DNA from: Octopus vulgaris
Lineage: Eukaryota
DNA length: 64,000 nucleotides
Assembly (NCBI GenBank): GCA_951406725.2
Contig: OX597843.1
Location: forward strand, 19,654,001 to 19,718,000
Direction of reading: 5' to 3'
The notes under the pieces: model-generated
What the model saw: the letters and a program-made list of their open reading frames with translations, nothing else
What the model was told of the DNA's origin: nothing
Database searches by the model: none
Shown here: in pieces, positions 14,886 through 29,828 of the stretch
Layout: each line of letters starts with the position of its first letter
How positions within the stretch are numbered: the stretch's first letter is position 1
Program-made: the position numbers and the translations under genes

Positions 14886-16460
14886 AGTGTGTGTCTATAT
14901 GTTTGTATGTGTTATTTTATTGGTCACATTTGCTGAACCGCTATGTTAAGGGGGTCGTAAAAATACCATTCTGCCAAGCTGAGAATGGAGAATAAATATA
15001 CACACACATATGTTTGTATGTCTTATTTTATTGGTCACATTTGCCGATTCGCTATGTTAAAGGGGTTGTTATGGTTGCTTGGAACCAAATGCTCACCGAA
15101 AGATGATCGTCAGGAATAACGTTATTCTATTAAGTCTCATATTTATAGAAAGATAGAGAGAGAGAGGGGGAAAATAAATCATATATATGTGAGTGTATAT
15201 ATAAATGTAAAATATTAAAAGAAAAGTTAAAAAAATTATTTACCTCTATAACGCCGGATCAATATATGACTTCAGTTTGAATTTTTGACAGAAATTAAAA
15301 CTTTTATCCACTTATCTGAATATTCTATTGCCTCATATAAGTTTTTTGTCTCACGTTCCAGCAGCTATCCGATAAGAATACTGAATGAAATACCCTGTTG
15401 AAAAATTATCTAATTTTTTTTTTAAACGAGAGTGGTAGTATTTTCCCTTGATGTATGTGATTGGCTGCAATTCTTTAATATCCGGAAAATAAATCCATTT
15501 TCCAGCTAGTCACCATTCCTACACGTCAAGTGTTGAAATGGTCGCTGTGCAACATGAGATGAAGTGTCTTGCGCAAAATATACCTCTCGGTCCTGTATTT
15601 GAAATCACGACCTTGTTATCGTGAGTAGCATACTTAATCACGATTTCATGTGTCCTTGACTTCTATTACATTACCAAGAGTTTATTTTTCATATGTCCTG
15701 ACAACACCCAGAGAATATTCTTATCTACTTGAGACTTTTCTAAAACAAACGCCATTGTTTTTATCGATTATTGGGATGGCGATATCTGCTCAAAGACACG
15801 AACTCATCTCTCTAGTTACTAAAATGCAAACCCGACGAATTTTCCTCGTTTCCCAGAATATATTTCAGTTGTTTGTGAAGTATTCTTGTTGTTCACTGAT
15901 GATAAGACAATGATCAGAGGTGTTTCGGTCGTGATCATCCCGTTGATTTACATATATTGCAATGTGTGTTGTGTTCTTTCCGTGGTTAAGACGATAGGGT
16001 GTGAGACAATGGAATATCATTGTCTCAAATACTTACGATAGGGCTGAAAGTGCAAATGTTCAAGTAATGGACATTCATTAGTCCTGAAACCTACATCTAC
16101 AATCATTATTGTAAGACATCACATGATGTGGATGTTAATTTTCGTAGATCTCTCCGAAATATAAGTCCGACCTTACTATCAAGATGAACCATCAATTTAT
16201 TAAATGACATCTAGGACTGAATTATTCTGCTACTAGCAGAAGAATGAAAGTGATATTCTACGTGGTTTACTTTCCATGTGTGTTTAGCATATTGTAACTT
16301 TTATGTACATGGGTTATCTCAAGTACAACATACCCTCGAATATTTAGGGGCGTCCAGTTCACCCTGTGTAACTTGCCGCAGGACTCACACAGCAGATGCA
16401 GGTACCAGAGGGTAAAGACGGTACTAATTCCCTAAGTTGTTCACGTGAGCATCCGCATAC
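12445..16460 (-). pseudogene. Degenerate gene unit: exon A 15675-16083, B1 ~15244-15465, B2 ~12775-12997, C ~12445-12603
   Basis: Same exon modules and splice-like boundaries as 565-3140. Confidence 0.45.
14474..14678 (-). mobile_element. Penelope-like pLTR fragment with minimal hammerhead-like motif (14570-14604)
   Basis: GUUU-CCGACGA-a GAGC ucc GCUC-GAAACGUU|AAGC; sits in (TA)n; absent at the paralogous site ~32990. Confidence 0.65.
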
Positions 16461-16516
16461 CAATTTATTATTATTCCGTATACACACAACAGTTTAGATT
16501 GTGTGAGTACGTTGGC

Positions 16517-16590
<74 letters not shown>

Positions 16591-17434
16591 GCCAACGTAC
16601 TCACACAATCTAAACTGTTGTGTGTATATGGTATAATAATAAATTGGTATGCGGATGCTCACGTGAACAACTTAGGGAATTAGTACCATCTTTACCCTCT
16701 AGTACCTGCATCTGCTGTGTGAGTCCTGCGGCAAGTTACACAGGGTGAACTGGACGCCCCTAAATATTCGAGGGTATGTTGTACTTGAGATAACCCATGT
16801 ACATAAAAGTTACAATATGCTAAACACACATGGAAAGTAAACCACGTAGAATATACACTTTCATTCTTCTGCTAGTAGCAGAATAATTCAGTCCTAGATG
16901 TCATTTAAGAAATTGATGGTTCATCTTGATAGTAAGGTCAGACTTATATTTCGGAGAGATCTACGAAAATTAACATCCACATCATGTGATGTCTTACAAT
17001 AATGATTGTAGATGTAGGTTTCAGGACTAATGAATGTCCATTACTTGAACATTTGCACTTTCAGCCCTATCGTAAGTATTTGAGACAATGATATTCCATT
17101 GTCTCACACCCTATCGTCTTAACCACGGAAAGAACACAACACACATTGCAATATATGTAAATCAACGGGATGATCACGACCGAAACACCTCTGATCATTG
17201 TCTTATCATCAGTGAACAACAAGAATACTTCACAAACAACTGAAATATATTCTGGGAAACGAGGAAAATTCGTCGGGTTTGCATTTTAGTAACTAGAGAG
17301 ATGAGTTCGTGTCTTTGAGCAGATATCGCCATCCCAATAATCGATAAAAACAATGGCGTTTGTTTTAGAAAAGTCTCAAGTAGATAAGAATATTCTCTGG
17401 GTGTTGTCAGGACATATGAAAAATAAACTCTTGG

Positions 17435-17438
<4 letters not shown>
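15670..17438. repeat. Long inverted repeat, ~850-bp arms around a (TA)n spacer (16520-16584)
   Basis: 16585-17438 is the reverse complement of 15670-16520; mirrored ORFs 16445+ and 16471-. Confidence 0.95.
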
Positions 17439-17483
<45 letters not shown>

Positions 17484-17521
17484 TGTATATATATATATTA
17501 ATATATATATATATATATACA

Positions 17522-17615
<94 letters not shown>

Positions 17616-17638
17616 CATATATGTATATATATATATTA

Positions 17639-17669
<31 letters not shown>

Positions 17670-17689
17670 TGTATATATATATATTAATA

Positions 17690-17740
<51 letters not shown>

Positions 17741-19264
17741 TGCGAATTCAGAGATCTACACACACGTATAAAAAGTGTATTCTTTACATTAATTATTTTA
17801 CTTGTTTAAGACATTTGACTGCGGCCTTGCTGTAGTGCCAACTGTAATGCCTTTAAGCCGAAGAGCCGAAGAAATTTACAACAGCTTATTTTTTGTAAGC
17901 CTTTTACTTATTTTATTGATCGCTTTTGCCGAACAGCTATGTTAAGGCGGGTGTAGAAGACCTGCTGTCAAACTATGAACGCGTAACAAACATAGTCACA
18001 CAGACACACACACACACAGGCAAACACACACACTCACACACACACACCACACACACACTCACAAACACATATGTGTGTATATATATATATATATATAACG
18101 GACTTCCTTCGGGTCCGTCTACAATACCCACTCACAAGTCTTTGCTCGACCTGAGGCTATAGTAGAAGACACTTTCCCAGGTTGCCATAAAGTGAAACTG
18201 AACCTGGATCTATCTGACTGCGGAGCAAGTTTCTTACCACATAGCCACCCCTATGCATATGTGTTTATGGATAAGTCTATAAATAGGATGGAGAGGACAA
18301 TCAAATGTTTAACTAATAGTTATTACGTGCGTGTAACAACGTTATGGTTGCTTGGAACCAAATGCTCACCGACAAATGACCGTCAGGAACAACGTTATTC
18401 TATTAAGTTGCATAGTTATAGAAAAATGAGAGAGATGGAAAAATAAATCATATATATATGTGTATGTGTATATATAAATAAATCTTAAAAGAAAAATAAC
18501 AAAAATTGATTTATCTAGGTGCGTTCTGAGTTCCTTTCCAGTCGAACTCCCCTTTGCCTTTCATTTCTCAGAGGTGCTGAAGTCCAATTAGTCGACTGTC
18601 CACCTCCCCCACAGAACACAACCACTGGCATTCTAACTAAGCCAGAAACCACTTTATAGGCAGCAATCTAGGATTTTAAAACAAAGAATTGCAACGTGGT
18701 GTCATATGTAATCATGTATGGTTATATAAAGATGCATATATATACATACACAAACACAAACAAATATATGTGTGTATGAGTGTGTGTGCATATGAGTGTG
18801 TGTATGTATGTACGTTTGTATATATATATATATATATGTATGTATATATGAATGTATATGTGAGCGTGTGTCTACATGTGTGTGTGAATATATGCACATG
18901 TGTACGAGGCAAAACATTCACACACACACACATATATATAGGTATATAAATACATATATATATATACTCATACGCATTTAGATATATACACACACACATA
19001 TATAAATGTGTATTTTTTTTCTTTAATTCTTTTACTTGTTGGAGACATTTGCCTGCGTCCATGCTGGAGCACCATATCAAAAGACTTTAAGCCCAATAAA
19101 TTGACATCAGACCTTATTCTTTGTAAGCCAAGTACTTATTTTATTGGCCGCTTTTGCCGAACCGCAATGTTAAAGAGGGGGCGTAAAAAACCTGCTGTCA
19201 AGATATGAATGGGTAACAAACACAGTCGCAAAGACAGAAACACACGTACACAAACAAACAGACT

Positions 19265-19359
<95 letters not shown>

Positions 19360-19739
19360 TAAGACTTTGGTCGGCCCAAGACTATAGTAGAAGTCACTTA
19401 CCCAAATTGCCATGCAGTGAAACTGAACCTGGAACTATCTGCTTTCGAACCATGTTTCTTACCACACAGCCACGCCAATGCATATGTATTTATGTTTAAG
19501 TCTATATATAGGATAAACAGGACAAACAAATATTTCAATAATAATTCTTAGGTGCGTGTAACAACGTTGTGGTTGGTTGGAACCAAATGCTCACCGACAA
19601 ATGATCGTCAGTAACAAAGTTATTCTATTAAGTTGCATACTTATAGAAGGTTAGAGAGAAAGGGAAACATAAATCATATATATGTGTGTGTGTATATAAA
19701 TGATAAATCTTAAAATAAAAGTAACAAAAATTTATTTAC

Positions 19740-20557
19740 CTTTATAACGCCGACTCCAAATATGACTTCAGTTTCAATTTTTGAAAGAATTTAAATGTTT
19801 TATCAACTTATCTGAATATTTTATTGCCTCAAATGAGTTTTTTGTCTCACGTTCCAGCTGCTATCCGATAAGAATACTGAATGAAATACCCTGTTGTAAT
19901 AATTCTCCAATTTTTTTTAAAACGAAAGTGGTAGTATTTTCCCTTGATGTATGTGAGTGGCTGAAATTTTTTAATATCCGGAAAATAAATCCATTTTCCA
20001 GCTAGTCACCATTCCTACAAGTCAAGTGTTGAAATGGTCGCTGTGCAACATAAGGTGAAGTGTTCTGCGCACAAAACACCACTCGTCCTATGATCTGAAA
20101 TCACGACCTTAATCACGATTTCATGTGTCCTCGACTTCTATTATATTACCAAAATGGTATTTTTCATATGTCCTGGCAACACCCACAGAATATTCTTATC
20201 TACTTGACGCTTTTCTAAAACAAACACCATTGTTTTTATCGATTATTGGGATAGCGATATCTGCTCAAAGACAAGACCTAATCGCTCTAGTTACTAAAAT
20301 GGAATCCAGGCGAATTTTCCTCGTTCCCAGAATATATTTCAGTTGGTTGTAAAGAATGCTTGTTGTTCACTGGTGACAAGACTATGATCAGAGGCGTTTC
20401 GGTCATGATCATCCCGTCGATTCACTTACATCGCAATGTGTGTTGTGTTCTTTCCGTGGTTAAGACGGTACGGTGTGAGACAATGGAATATCATTGTCTC
20501 AAATGCTTACGATAGGGCTGATAGCGCAAATGTACAAGTAATGGACATTCATTAGTC
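19740..20557 (-). pseudogene. Paralogous degenerate exons A (20150-20557) and B (~19740-19960)
   Basis: Duplicate of 5274-6096. Confidence 0.45.
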
Positions 20558-20649
20558 CTGAAACCTACACCTGCAATCATTATTGTAATGCATCACATGA
20601 TGTGGAAGTTAATTTTCATAGATCTTTCCGAAATATAAGTCCGACCTTA

Positions 20650-22360
20650 CAATTAATTTTTGCTTAGAAACTCTGTCTCCCATTTCAGCTTCCTTTCAGC
20701 AACCATATGTTTCACTGTTACTATTTCTGTAACTATCTTTGCCAATCTACCATGGAAAAACATTCTCTTGTCAGTTAGATAATCTCCCTCCTTTTTTATG
20801 GTTTTAATTTCATTTGGATTTTTCTTTTCCTATCTCTTACTGTAAATCTTGCAACTCATAAATTTTATTCACTATTATATATATCAACTCTAGCTAACTC
20901 TACGCTACTTTCTGCTGATATTAAACCTCTTCCACCTTCGTTATTCTAAGTAAGTGCAATCTTGCTCTTCCTAATCGAGGCTGAAGTCCTCCATTCATAT
21001 TGAATTCCTTCCTAGTTCTTCTGTCTAGATTTGCTAATTCAGGTCTTTTCCAATCAACAAATTCTGCTGAATACCGAGGTAACTTCCCAAAGTTTTTACA
21101 ACCTCTTCTAGATTTAGAACACTTCGCTTTCCCTTCATTAGCTTCTTCAACCTTCCGATGTACTCCTTATCTATTTTTGTTTTCATTTCCATTGTTAATA
21201 CACTCTCAGATTCTAATACTCCGAAGCACTTATGATTCTCTGCCTTCAGTGATTTTACTCTCTTGCTAACTATCCTTCACTGCTGACTACCTGTCCCCTT
21301 TTTATGATTTATGATGCGCACATATCTATGCCAAATTCCATGCCTATATCTTTTCTTAAGCGCCTTACAATTCGTATTAAGGAACCAAAAAGCTTCTAAT
21401 CGTCCATCTTGAGCAAATGATTAATATTTCTTTTAACATCTCTAAACTGATACCCTGACTTTGCCTTTCTTAGTACTAAATTGACGACAGCTAAGCATAA
21501 CACAAATATTAATGGAGATAACGAGTCTCCCTGGAGAATTCCTCGCCTGTTATTAACTTTTCCTAAGGCAGTGTCACCTGAGTAGAGATATACTTTCCAA
21601 TTCTTCGCACTATTGCTGTAACTAATTAAGTCTCTTGTGTTTTCTGCAATACTGAATATACTCAAACATTCACTTATCCGTGAGTGTTGTATTATGTCAT
21701 ATGATTTTTATACTGTTGAAGTTTGCATTCTCGACTTTAGAACTGCTTTCTCTGTGTGTAATAGATCGTGCGTTCCTCTAGCCTTCTTTCTGCAAACATT
21801 TCAGTTCTTCTGGTAGCAAATTCTGGTTGTCAAGTTGATTCTAAATGTTTTCTGTGTGAATTCATGTTAAAAGTCTCTACATTGGGAATTTGCCTGGTTT
21901 TTGTCTATTTTGGCTTTTATGTAGTTAGTTATGAATGCCTGATCGTGTGCAGTTGCTTACAAACACTGTCTCCTTTTCATTTTCCTTTCTGAAACCATAT
22001 TAGTCTGTAAGTGTCCCTTGGCTTTTCTTTCTGTACCCTTTCTGTTCCACTGGTGCTTTGTAATTTATTTCCAGGAAATCATACACCTAATTAGATATTA
22101 TTCCTGTCATCAGCTTCCACATGTGGGGCAGACAGGTGATAGGCCGGTGATTATCCACTGCATTGATTTGTTGGGATTATTTTGGCAAAGATATGTTTGA
22201 CTTGTGGTCAGCCTCTTTGGGATTTGTACCCCGTTGTTGATCATTTTATATATTTGCTTCGCTATTCTTCTGTGTAAAAATTTTCAAGCCAATATCCTTG
22301 TACGCTATCCGGTCCTGGGTATTTCCAGTTTGGCGATTTAATCTGTCTGGCCCACATTGG
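20650..22360 (-). mobile_element. Duplicate of the decayed R4/Dong-like RT fragment
   Basis: GILQGDSLSPLIFVLCL and HLLKMDD; colinear with 6190-7870. Confidence 0.85.
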
Positions 22361-25300
22361 TAGTCAAATATACAATGAGGCGACTGGCGTTTATACATCT
22401 GCTTTTTCTCATCCTTAATTACTAAACAATCCCCTCGTCTCTCTCTCTCTCTACAACTTAATTAAATTTAACTCTCTATAATTATATACGATGACTATGC
22501 GAGAATTTGTATGTGGGTGTGTCTGTGTGTGCAAACAGACATTTATCTGTCCATTTCTAAACTCATACGTATGGATGTGTATGTATGGCCGCGTAAGTGT
22601 GTGTATCTGACTGTGTGTATATCAATGGGAATATGCCACTGCATATGTGTGTGTGTGTGTGTCTGTGTGTGCATATGTTAGTGCGTGTGTATATATGTAT
22701 GTCTCTGGCTGTATGCATGTGTGTGTATACATTCATCCCCTTAACCATCAAGTCAAACACCCCCTCACTATATAGACTAATCTCTATATACTCTCATATA
22801 TTTCTCATTCGCCCAATAATAGACTCTTCCAAGGCCTTCCAAATCTGATTCACTTTCTATTCAAAGATGCAACTGTTAACTTCTATTATCCTTTGCCAGG
22901 GATTTTCCTAGAAACTTTACTAACTCTTCGATCACGAAAATACCAAACACATTTATCTGAGAATTCCATGGTTTCCCTAAAGACTGGTAACGAATAATAT
23001 CCTCGATAAAGGATATTATGCATTTCTGCATTTTCTTCTTCTTCTTTCTCCAATAACGGAATGATTTGCTCAGATGGAATTCTTTACTCAATAACATGCT
23101 TAGCTATTCTAGAAACAGCTATAAGAGACTTTGTGCATATTTGTAACCACTCTGCACAGTTCTTTTATTTGTTTCAGCCATTTCACTGAGGCCATGCTGG
23201 AGCAATGCCTTTTTCACCGAACTTGTTATTTATAAGACTTCTACTTATTCTATGAGTCTCCTTTGCTGAACCACTAAATTACATGGACGTAAACTCACCA
23301 ACATCGGTTGTAAACCGATGGTGGTGGACAAACACAGACACAAAAACTCACACACACACATGATGGCCTTCTTTCAGTTTCCGTCTTCCAGATCCATTAA
23401 CAAGGCTTTGGTCGGCCCGAGGCTATAGTAGAACGCATTTTACCAAGGTGCCACGCAGTGGGACTGAACCCCGAACAATGTGGTTGGTAAGCACGCTACT
23501 TACTAAACAGCTACTCCTGCGCCAATACTTATATTATAAATTATAAAATGAATGTTCTTGAATAACGCTAAATGTTTTTCTTGCTCCTAATCTGTTATAA
23601 TTTATGTCCCTCCGCTCAATGATCAACCACACCTTAAAACCGTTGATACCCAATTTCTGCACCACATTTTTCTGTTCAAGCCGGTGTTTTAGTGGTAAAC
23701 CAAACTGAGCAGTCACACTACATACGACCTTTTACATGATTTTCTTTTGTATCAACGCTAAGGTATAATATATACTTTTATGTGGCTTTGGGGAGTGGCA
23801 TGAAACGGATTTCTTCTATTTGTATGTATTTCAATTACTCGGGTAACGAACAATTCCTTTAACGAACATGGCTCAGAAAGGATTATGTGTATATATAGAG
23901 ATGCCACTGGTTTGAGATGTTTTGAGTCGAACTAATTGACCTCTGTACTTCATTTTTTAAGCCTTGTACTTATTTTATTGGAGTATTTTGGTGAATCGCT
24001 AAGTTACCGGAACGTAAACAAACTAACACAGGTCGGCAAGCGGTGGGACAAACACGGACACAAGGACACACACACACACTGATACATACAGACAGACATA
24101 TATAGGCACAGGAGTGGCTGTAGTGTAAGAAACACATGGTTCCGGGTTCAGTCCCGTTGCGAGAAACCTTGGCTGAGTGACTTCTACTATAGCCAAGGGC
24201 CGACCAAAGACTTGAGAGTGGATTTCATAGATGGAAACTCAAATAAGCCAGTCCTATGTGTGTGTCTGTGTTTCTTTGTGTGTCTATATTTGTCCCTCCA
24301 CCATCATTTGACAACCAATGTTGGTGTGCTTACGTCCCTGTAACATAGCTGTTCTGGAAAAGAAACTGATGGAATAAGTACTAGGCTTACAAAGATTAAG
24401 TCCAAGAGTCGATTTGTTCGACTAAAGGCGGAGCTCCAGCATGGCCACAGTCAAATGACTGAAACAAGTAAAAGAATAGCCACAATGGGCTTCTTTCCGT
24501 TTCCATCTACCAAATCCACTCCTGAAGATTTTGAGAGTCCAATGGCTACAGTAGAAGACATGTGCGTAGTGTGCCACGCAGTGGAACTGAACCCGAAACC
24601 AGATTTGGAAGCAAGCGTCTTACCACACAGCCGCGCCTAAACATGCCCCCCTACACGGATTCAATCCAAGGAAATACGCATAAAGATGAAACACTCTCCT
24701 AGCCGTTCACTTTATAATTTGTTGAAACTATTAACATGCTGTCCATTAGTGAGTGATGCTGTGTTTTGTTTTATTTCTCCTACACATTCATTTCAAATTT
24801 TGGCACAACACCAGCAATTTCGGGGGAGGGAGTTAGTTGATTGCATCGACCCCAGTACTTAACTGATATTGATTTCATCAACCCCGAAAGGATAAAATGC
24901 AAAAACAACCTCGGCGGAATATTTCTACTTCAAATTTAATATTATTACGTTCATGCATTTTTGAAATTGGGTGTTGAAACAGAAATTATTCTATTTGGAG
25001 ATGGTCGTCTGTTGCCAATGAAACACGCGCAATATATATTTGATATTCACTTAATTATTATTGTTGTTGTTGTTGTTGTTGTTGGTACGCCGGACGAAAC
25101 GCTTAGAAGTATTTCGTCTGCGGTTACGTTCTGAGTTCAGATTCCGCCGAGGTCGGCATTGCCTTTCATCCTTTCGGGGTCGATTAAATAAGTACCAGTT
25201 ACTCACTGCCTTCGATATAATCGACTTAATCCGTTTGTCTGTCCATGTTTGACCTCTCTATGTTTAGCCCCTGGAGAGGTAGGAAAGAAATAGGTATTTC

Positions 25301-25464
25301 GTCTCTCACTACGTTCTGAGTTCAAATTCCGCCGAGATCGACTTTGCCTTTCATCCTTTCGGGGACGATAAATTAAGTACCAGTTACACACTGGGATCGA
25401 TGTAATGGACTTCTCCTTGTGCTTCCAGTAGGCAGGAATAATAATAATAATAATTATAATTATA

Positions 25465-25524
<60 letters not shown>

Positions 25525-26098
25525 ATTATCATTATTATTAATATTATTATTATTATTTATTATTATTTGATGTACTGAGCTGGCGGAACCGTTAGCACTC
25601 CGGGCAAAATGCTTGGTAGTATTTCATCCATCATTAGTTTCTTAGTTCAAATTTCCCCGAGGTCAAATTCGTATTTCATCATTTCGAGGTCTATAAATTA
25701 AATACCAGTTGAGTACTAGGGGCTATATAATCGACTAACTCCCCCATCCAAGAATATTTCAGGCCTTGTGCCTATAGTAGGAACGACTGTTATTATTGTT
25801 GTTGTTGTTGTTATTATTATTATTATTATTTTTATTATTATTATTATTATTATTTAAATTCTTTCGTCTCACATACTATGATATCCTCAGCGACTCTCTG
25901 CTACGCCTATTTCTTCTAATCCCGTTTATTCCGTATTAGAAATTATATTAAATGTCTACTTTTCTACTGTTTGTCATGTGGACTGATTATCAAATAATTT
26001 ATTCTCGGAACAATTGTACAAACGGAATTTCCCACTTGGTGTGGCTACATATTTTAGTAATTGTTTGAATAACTACACGCACATACACAACACACATA

Positions 26099-26215
<117 letters not shown>

Positions 26216-26240
26216 ATGTATATATATATATATTTATATA

Positions 26241-26785
26241 TCTCTTATTATAAAAGGCAGATTTTATCTGCCTCCCTTTGTAACTTATAGAAATCTACAA
26301 TATAGGATTTCTTCAATTACAATTTACCTAGCATTTTTAAGAGTAGAATGCATCGGGTCATGCCAGGTCCAGTTTTTAAAATTTAAACTCCAATTAAGCA
26401 AAATTTACAGAAAACTCACATTCTGGTGTGTATGTCAAATGCTTTTCTTAATGTGGTTTACACCACACGCACACGCACACAAACAGTGTGCAACGAATAA
26501 AATGAAAGTAAATAGCGACAGAGTGATTTGAGGAAGACTAAACTGAAAGTATTTAAACCACTACTCAAAAAAAAAAAAAACAGCAAACAGAAACAAATAA
26601 ATACATAACGATTTACTCCTCACACAATTTCTTCAATTAGAGTTTACCTAAGATTTTTCAAAGTACTCCATTCGGTCATGCCATAATATATTTCTTTCAA
26701 TTTCACCCCCAATTAAGACAAAATTCGAGAAAACTCAATATTTTAACATTTCACTCCGAAAGCATTGATGTACATGTGTGCGTGC

Positions 26786-26828
<43 letters not shown>

Positions 26829-27915
26829 GATGGGTTGTGCGACACAGAAAGTGTGGTGTGTAAGTGAAGTGCTTTTGTTAGTGTGTGTAAAGAGACAGAC
26901 AGAGTGAAAGACAGAAATAACTGAACTTTTTTTTATTCACTTTTTGTAGTGAGTGACTAAGAGAGAAAAGAGAGAGAGAGGTTATGTATGTATATATGTA
27001 TGTATGGCTTCAGTGACACACACACACAAAAACACATACCTACGTACACCTAAAGCACGCACACACACACACACAAGCGGAGCGCGAACTTCAAAATTTT
27101 GGTAGTATTAATTTGCGAGCGTACTTCTAAGCGCGCGTAATTGAAAGTTTTCACTATGATATCATCACGTGCGAAAACATTCGAAGGGTTTTGAACAATT
27201 GAGATACACATGTCACGCCTGTATTGAAACCATTGCTAAGCTGCCGTAATTGCTTAATTAAGACTTTGTTTAAATTGAAAGGGGCAAATATGTGACGAGG
27301 TTGAAAAAAAATACCCCAGAAAAAAAATGTACTGTTGGTATTTATATAATTCACTACTATTTTGCTACAATGTCATGAAAAAGAAAAAATTTGGGTATGT
27401 AAATCGAATTCGCCACCCCCTTTTCCCCGTTCGCGTTTGTGTAAAAAAAATTATTATTTAAGTTTTAAAAATTATTTACTTTGTTCAAAAAATATTAATA
27501 TTAATTAATTTTCAAGAATTATTTAATTTTATTCTGTAAAATAGTAATTAATTCATTTATCTGTAAATCCGCGAGGTTGTTACTCAGGCACCTAGAATGG
27601 TAACCTTCAACTAACACTATCTCCTCCGAGACCCTGCGGCGCAAGTTGACCAAAATTGAGAGTATGGTAGAAGAAGGGTTGCTCTTCCTTCCGTAGAACA
27701 TAAAATTCAAATCGGACCATGTTAACACCAAAAATTATTTACATCAAAAAGATGCTTTTTTCTATGAACATCCCTATTTTTTACGATTTTTTCACTGCTG
27801 TGTCGCCACTTTTCGGTGTATTTCGACCAGAAAAATGTTCACAAAATTTTTACTTTTCAAAATTACAATTCCAGCGGGTCGAAACAAACCCGAGCAACGC
27901 CGGGCGATACTGCTA

Positions 27916-27916
<1 letters not shown>
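26241..27916 (+). mobile_element. Non-autonomous Helitron-like element
   Basis: 5' TCTCTTATTATAAAAGGCAG; 3' CCCGAGCAACGCCGGGCGATACTGCTAG (CCCG..CGGG hairpin then CTAG), inserted A|T. Confidence 0.85.
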
Positions 27917-27996
<80 letters not shown>

Positions 27997-28053
27997 CTCT
28001 TTTACTCTTTTACTTGTTTCAGTCATTTGACTGCGGCCATCCTGGAGCACCGC

Positions 28054-28119
<66 letters not shown>

Positions 28120-28132
28120 ATATATATATATT

Positions 28133-28163
<31 letters not shown>

Positions 28164-28174
28164 GTATGTATATA

Positions 28175-28445
28175 TCTCTTATTATAAAAGGCAGATTTTA
28201 TCTGCCTCCCTTTGGGAGTTATACAAATCTACAATATAGGATTTCTTCAATTACAATTTACCTAGCAATTTTAAGTGTACAATGCATCGCGTCATGCCAG
28301 GTCCAGTTTTTAAAATTTAAACTCCAATTAAGCAAAATTTACAGAAAACTCACATTCTGGTGTGTGTGTCAAATGCTTTTCTTAGTCTGGTTTACAGCAC
28401 ACGCAAACGCACACACACAGTGGGCAACGAATAAAATGAAAGTAA
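28175..28445 (+). mobile_element. 5' fragment of the same Helitron-like family as 26241
   Basis: Close copy of 26241-26510. Confidence 0.75.
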
Positions 28446-28671
28446 TTGCCTTACTGTAGTGAGTGATTCTTTCACTCTGCCTCCCACTTCCTCTTTCCAC
28501 ACAGACACGCAAATATATAAATAAAATTGTAAGCTAACGTGCGTGTGTGGGTGTGCGCGTGTGTGTGTGTGTGTGAGGGTGCGTGTGTGTGTGTGTGTGT
28601 GTGCGTGTGCGTGAGTGTGTGACAGGAAAGTTTTTTACGACGAATATAACACCTATATCCAAGTAGCAGAA

Positions 28672-29045
28672 AGATAAGACAGTAAGGTGTGATTTGAGGG
28701 AGATTTGGCTGCTATTTCTACCATGTCTAGCTGCCATGTAGGGGTCTCCTAATAGGCTCATACATACATATATACATAGATAAGACAGTAAGGTGTGATT
28801 TGGGGGAAATTTGGCTGCTATTTCTACCAGGTCTAGCTGCCATGTAGGGGTCTCCCTCATAGGCTCATACATACATATATACATAGATAAGACAGTAAGG
28901 TGTGATTTGGGGGAAATTTGGCTGCTATTTCTACCAGGTCTAGCTACCATGTAGAGGTCCCCCTCATTGGCTCATATATATATACATACATAAGACAGTA
29001 AGGTGTGATTTGAGGGAGATTTGGCTGCTGTTTCTACCAGGTCTG
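28672..29045. repeat. Minisatellite, ~107 bp x ~3.5
   Basis: ataagacagtaaggtgtgatttg recurs at ~28673, 28780, 28887, 28990. Confidence 0.9.
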
Positions 29046-29407
29046 TTAGGCCTTCTCATGTAAACTCAAGCTTTCTCATGCCTTGAACATAAGACCAAAG
29101 CAGAGAATGTATTCTTTTATTCTTCTGCTTGTTCCAGCCATTGGTCTGTGGCCATGCTGGGGCAATACCTTGAAGAACTGTAGTTTAATGAATCAACTCG
29201 TTTTATTTTTGTAAGCATTGTACTTATTCTATCTGTTTCCTTTGTCAAACCACTAGGTGACAGGGATGTAAACAAACCAACATTCGTTGTCAACCAGTGG
29301 TGGAGGACAATCACAAGCACAGACACGCACACACACACACATACATGCATACACATATACACACATACATACATACATACATATATATATATGTGTGTAT
29401 ATATATA

Positions 29408-29666
29408 TTGCAGCGTGGAAGGTGTTTGTAAGCCATTTAAGAAACACACAAAAACCGTTAGATTCACTTCAACATTTAAATTTAATTTGCCAAAATATTT
29501 TGCTCGCTTTGAGACCGCGACCTGTTCACTGACAAAAATATCGTGCTAACAGATCGCGGTCTCAAAGCGATGAAAATATTTTGACAAATTAAATTTAAAT
29601 GTTGAAGTGAATCTAACGGTTTTTGTGTGTTTCTTAAATGGCTTATAAACACCTTCAACGCTGCAA
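29408..29666. repeat. Foldback element with ~118-bp inverted arms
   Basis: ttgcagcgtggaaggtgtttg...gagaccgcgacctgtt / aacagatcgcggtctc...aaacaccttcaacgctgcaa. Confidence 0.88.
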
Positions 29667-29828
29667 CTGTTTTCGTTCCAGCACACGATCTCAGATCAAG
29701 TCACTTGCTATGCAAGTACATCTCTGTAACTATATATATATTTATATATATATATATATGTATATTGGTAAAAACAGTAAGATAACAAAAGAAAGAAAGA
29801 GACCTCAATATTATGTAAATAGAGGAAA

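Larger units (their letters stand above)
3327..16520. repeat. Tandem segmental duplication, copy 1 (~13 kb)
   Basis: Colinear with 17739-34828: 3515/17926, 7925/22415, 9918/24455, 11755/30431, 13670/32183, 16445/34768. Confidence 0.93.

Noticed and set aside
15244-15465. Conserved in-frame TGAs in exon B suggesting selenocysteine recoding
   Set aside because: The same frame also has TAA and TAG, the alternative frame (ETxNxxExIEYSDKWI) reads better, and no SECIS was recognised.
15650-15913. 87-aa plus-strand ORF recurring at 33972, 20125 and 5656
   Set aside because: GTG start, frameshifted in two copies, and antisense to the splice-signal-bearing strand; recurrence is explained by duplication.
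28672-29045. Repeat-spacer-like pattern suggesting CRISPR (also 48948-49228)
   Set aside because: Whole units repeat with no unique spacers; no cas genes; eukaryotic context.
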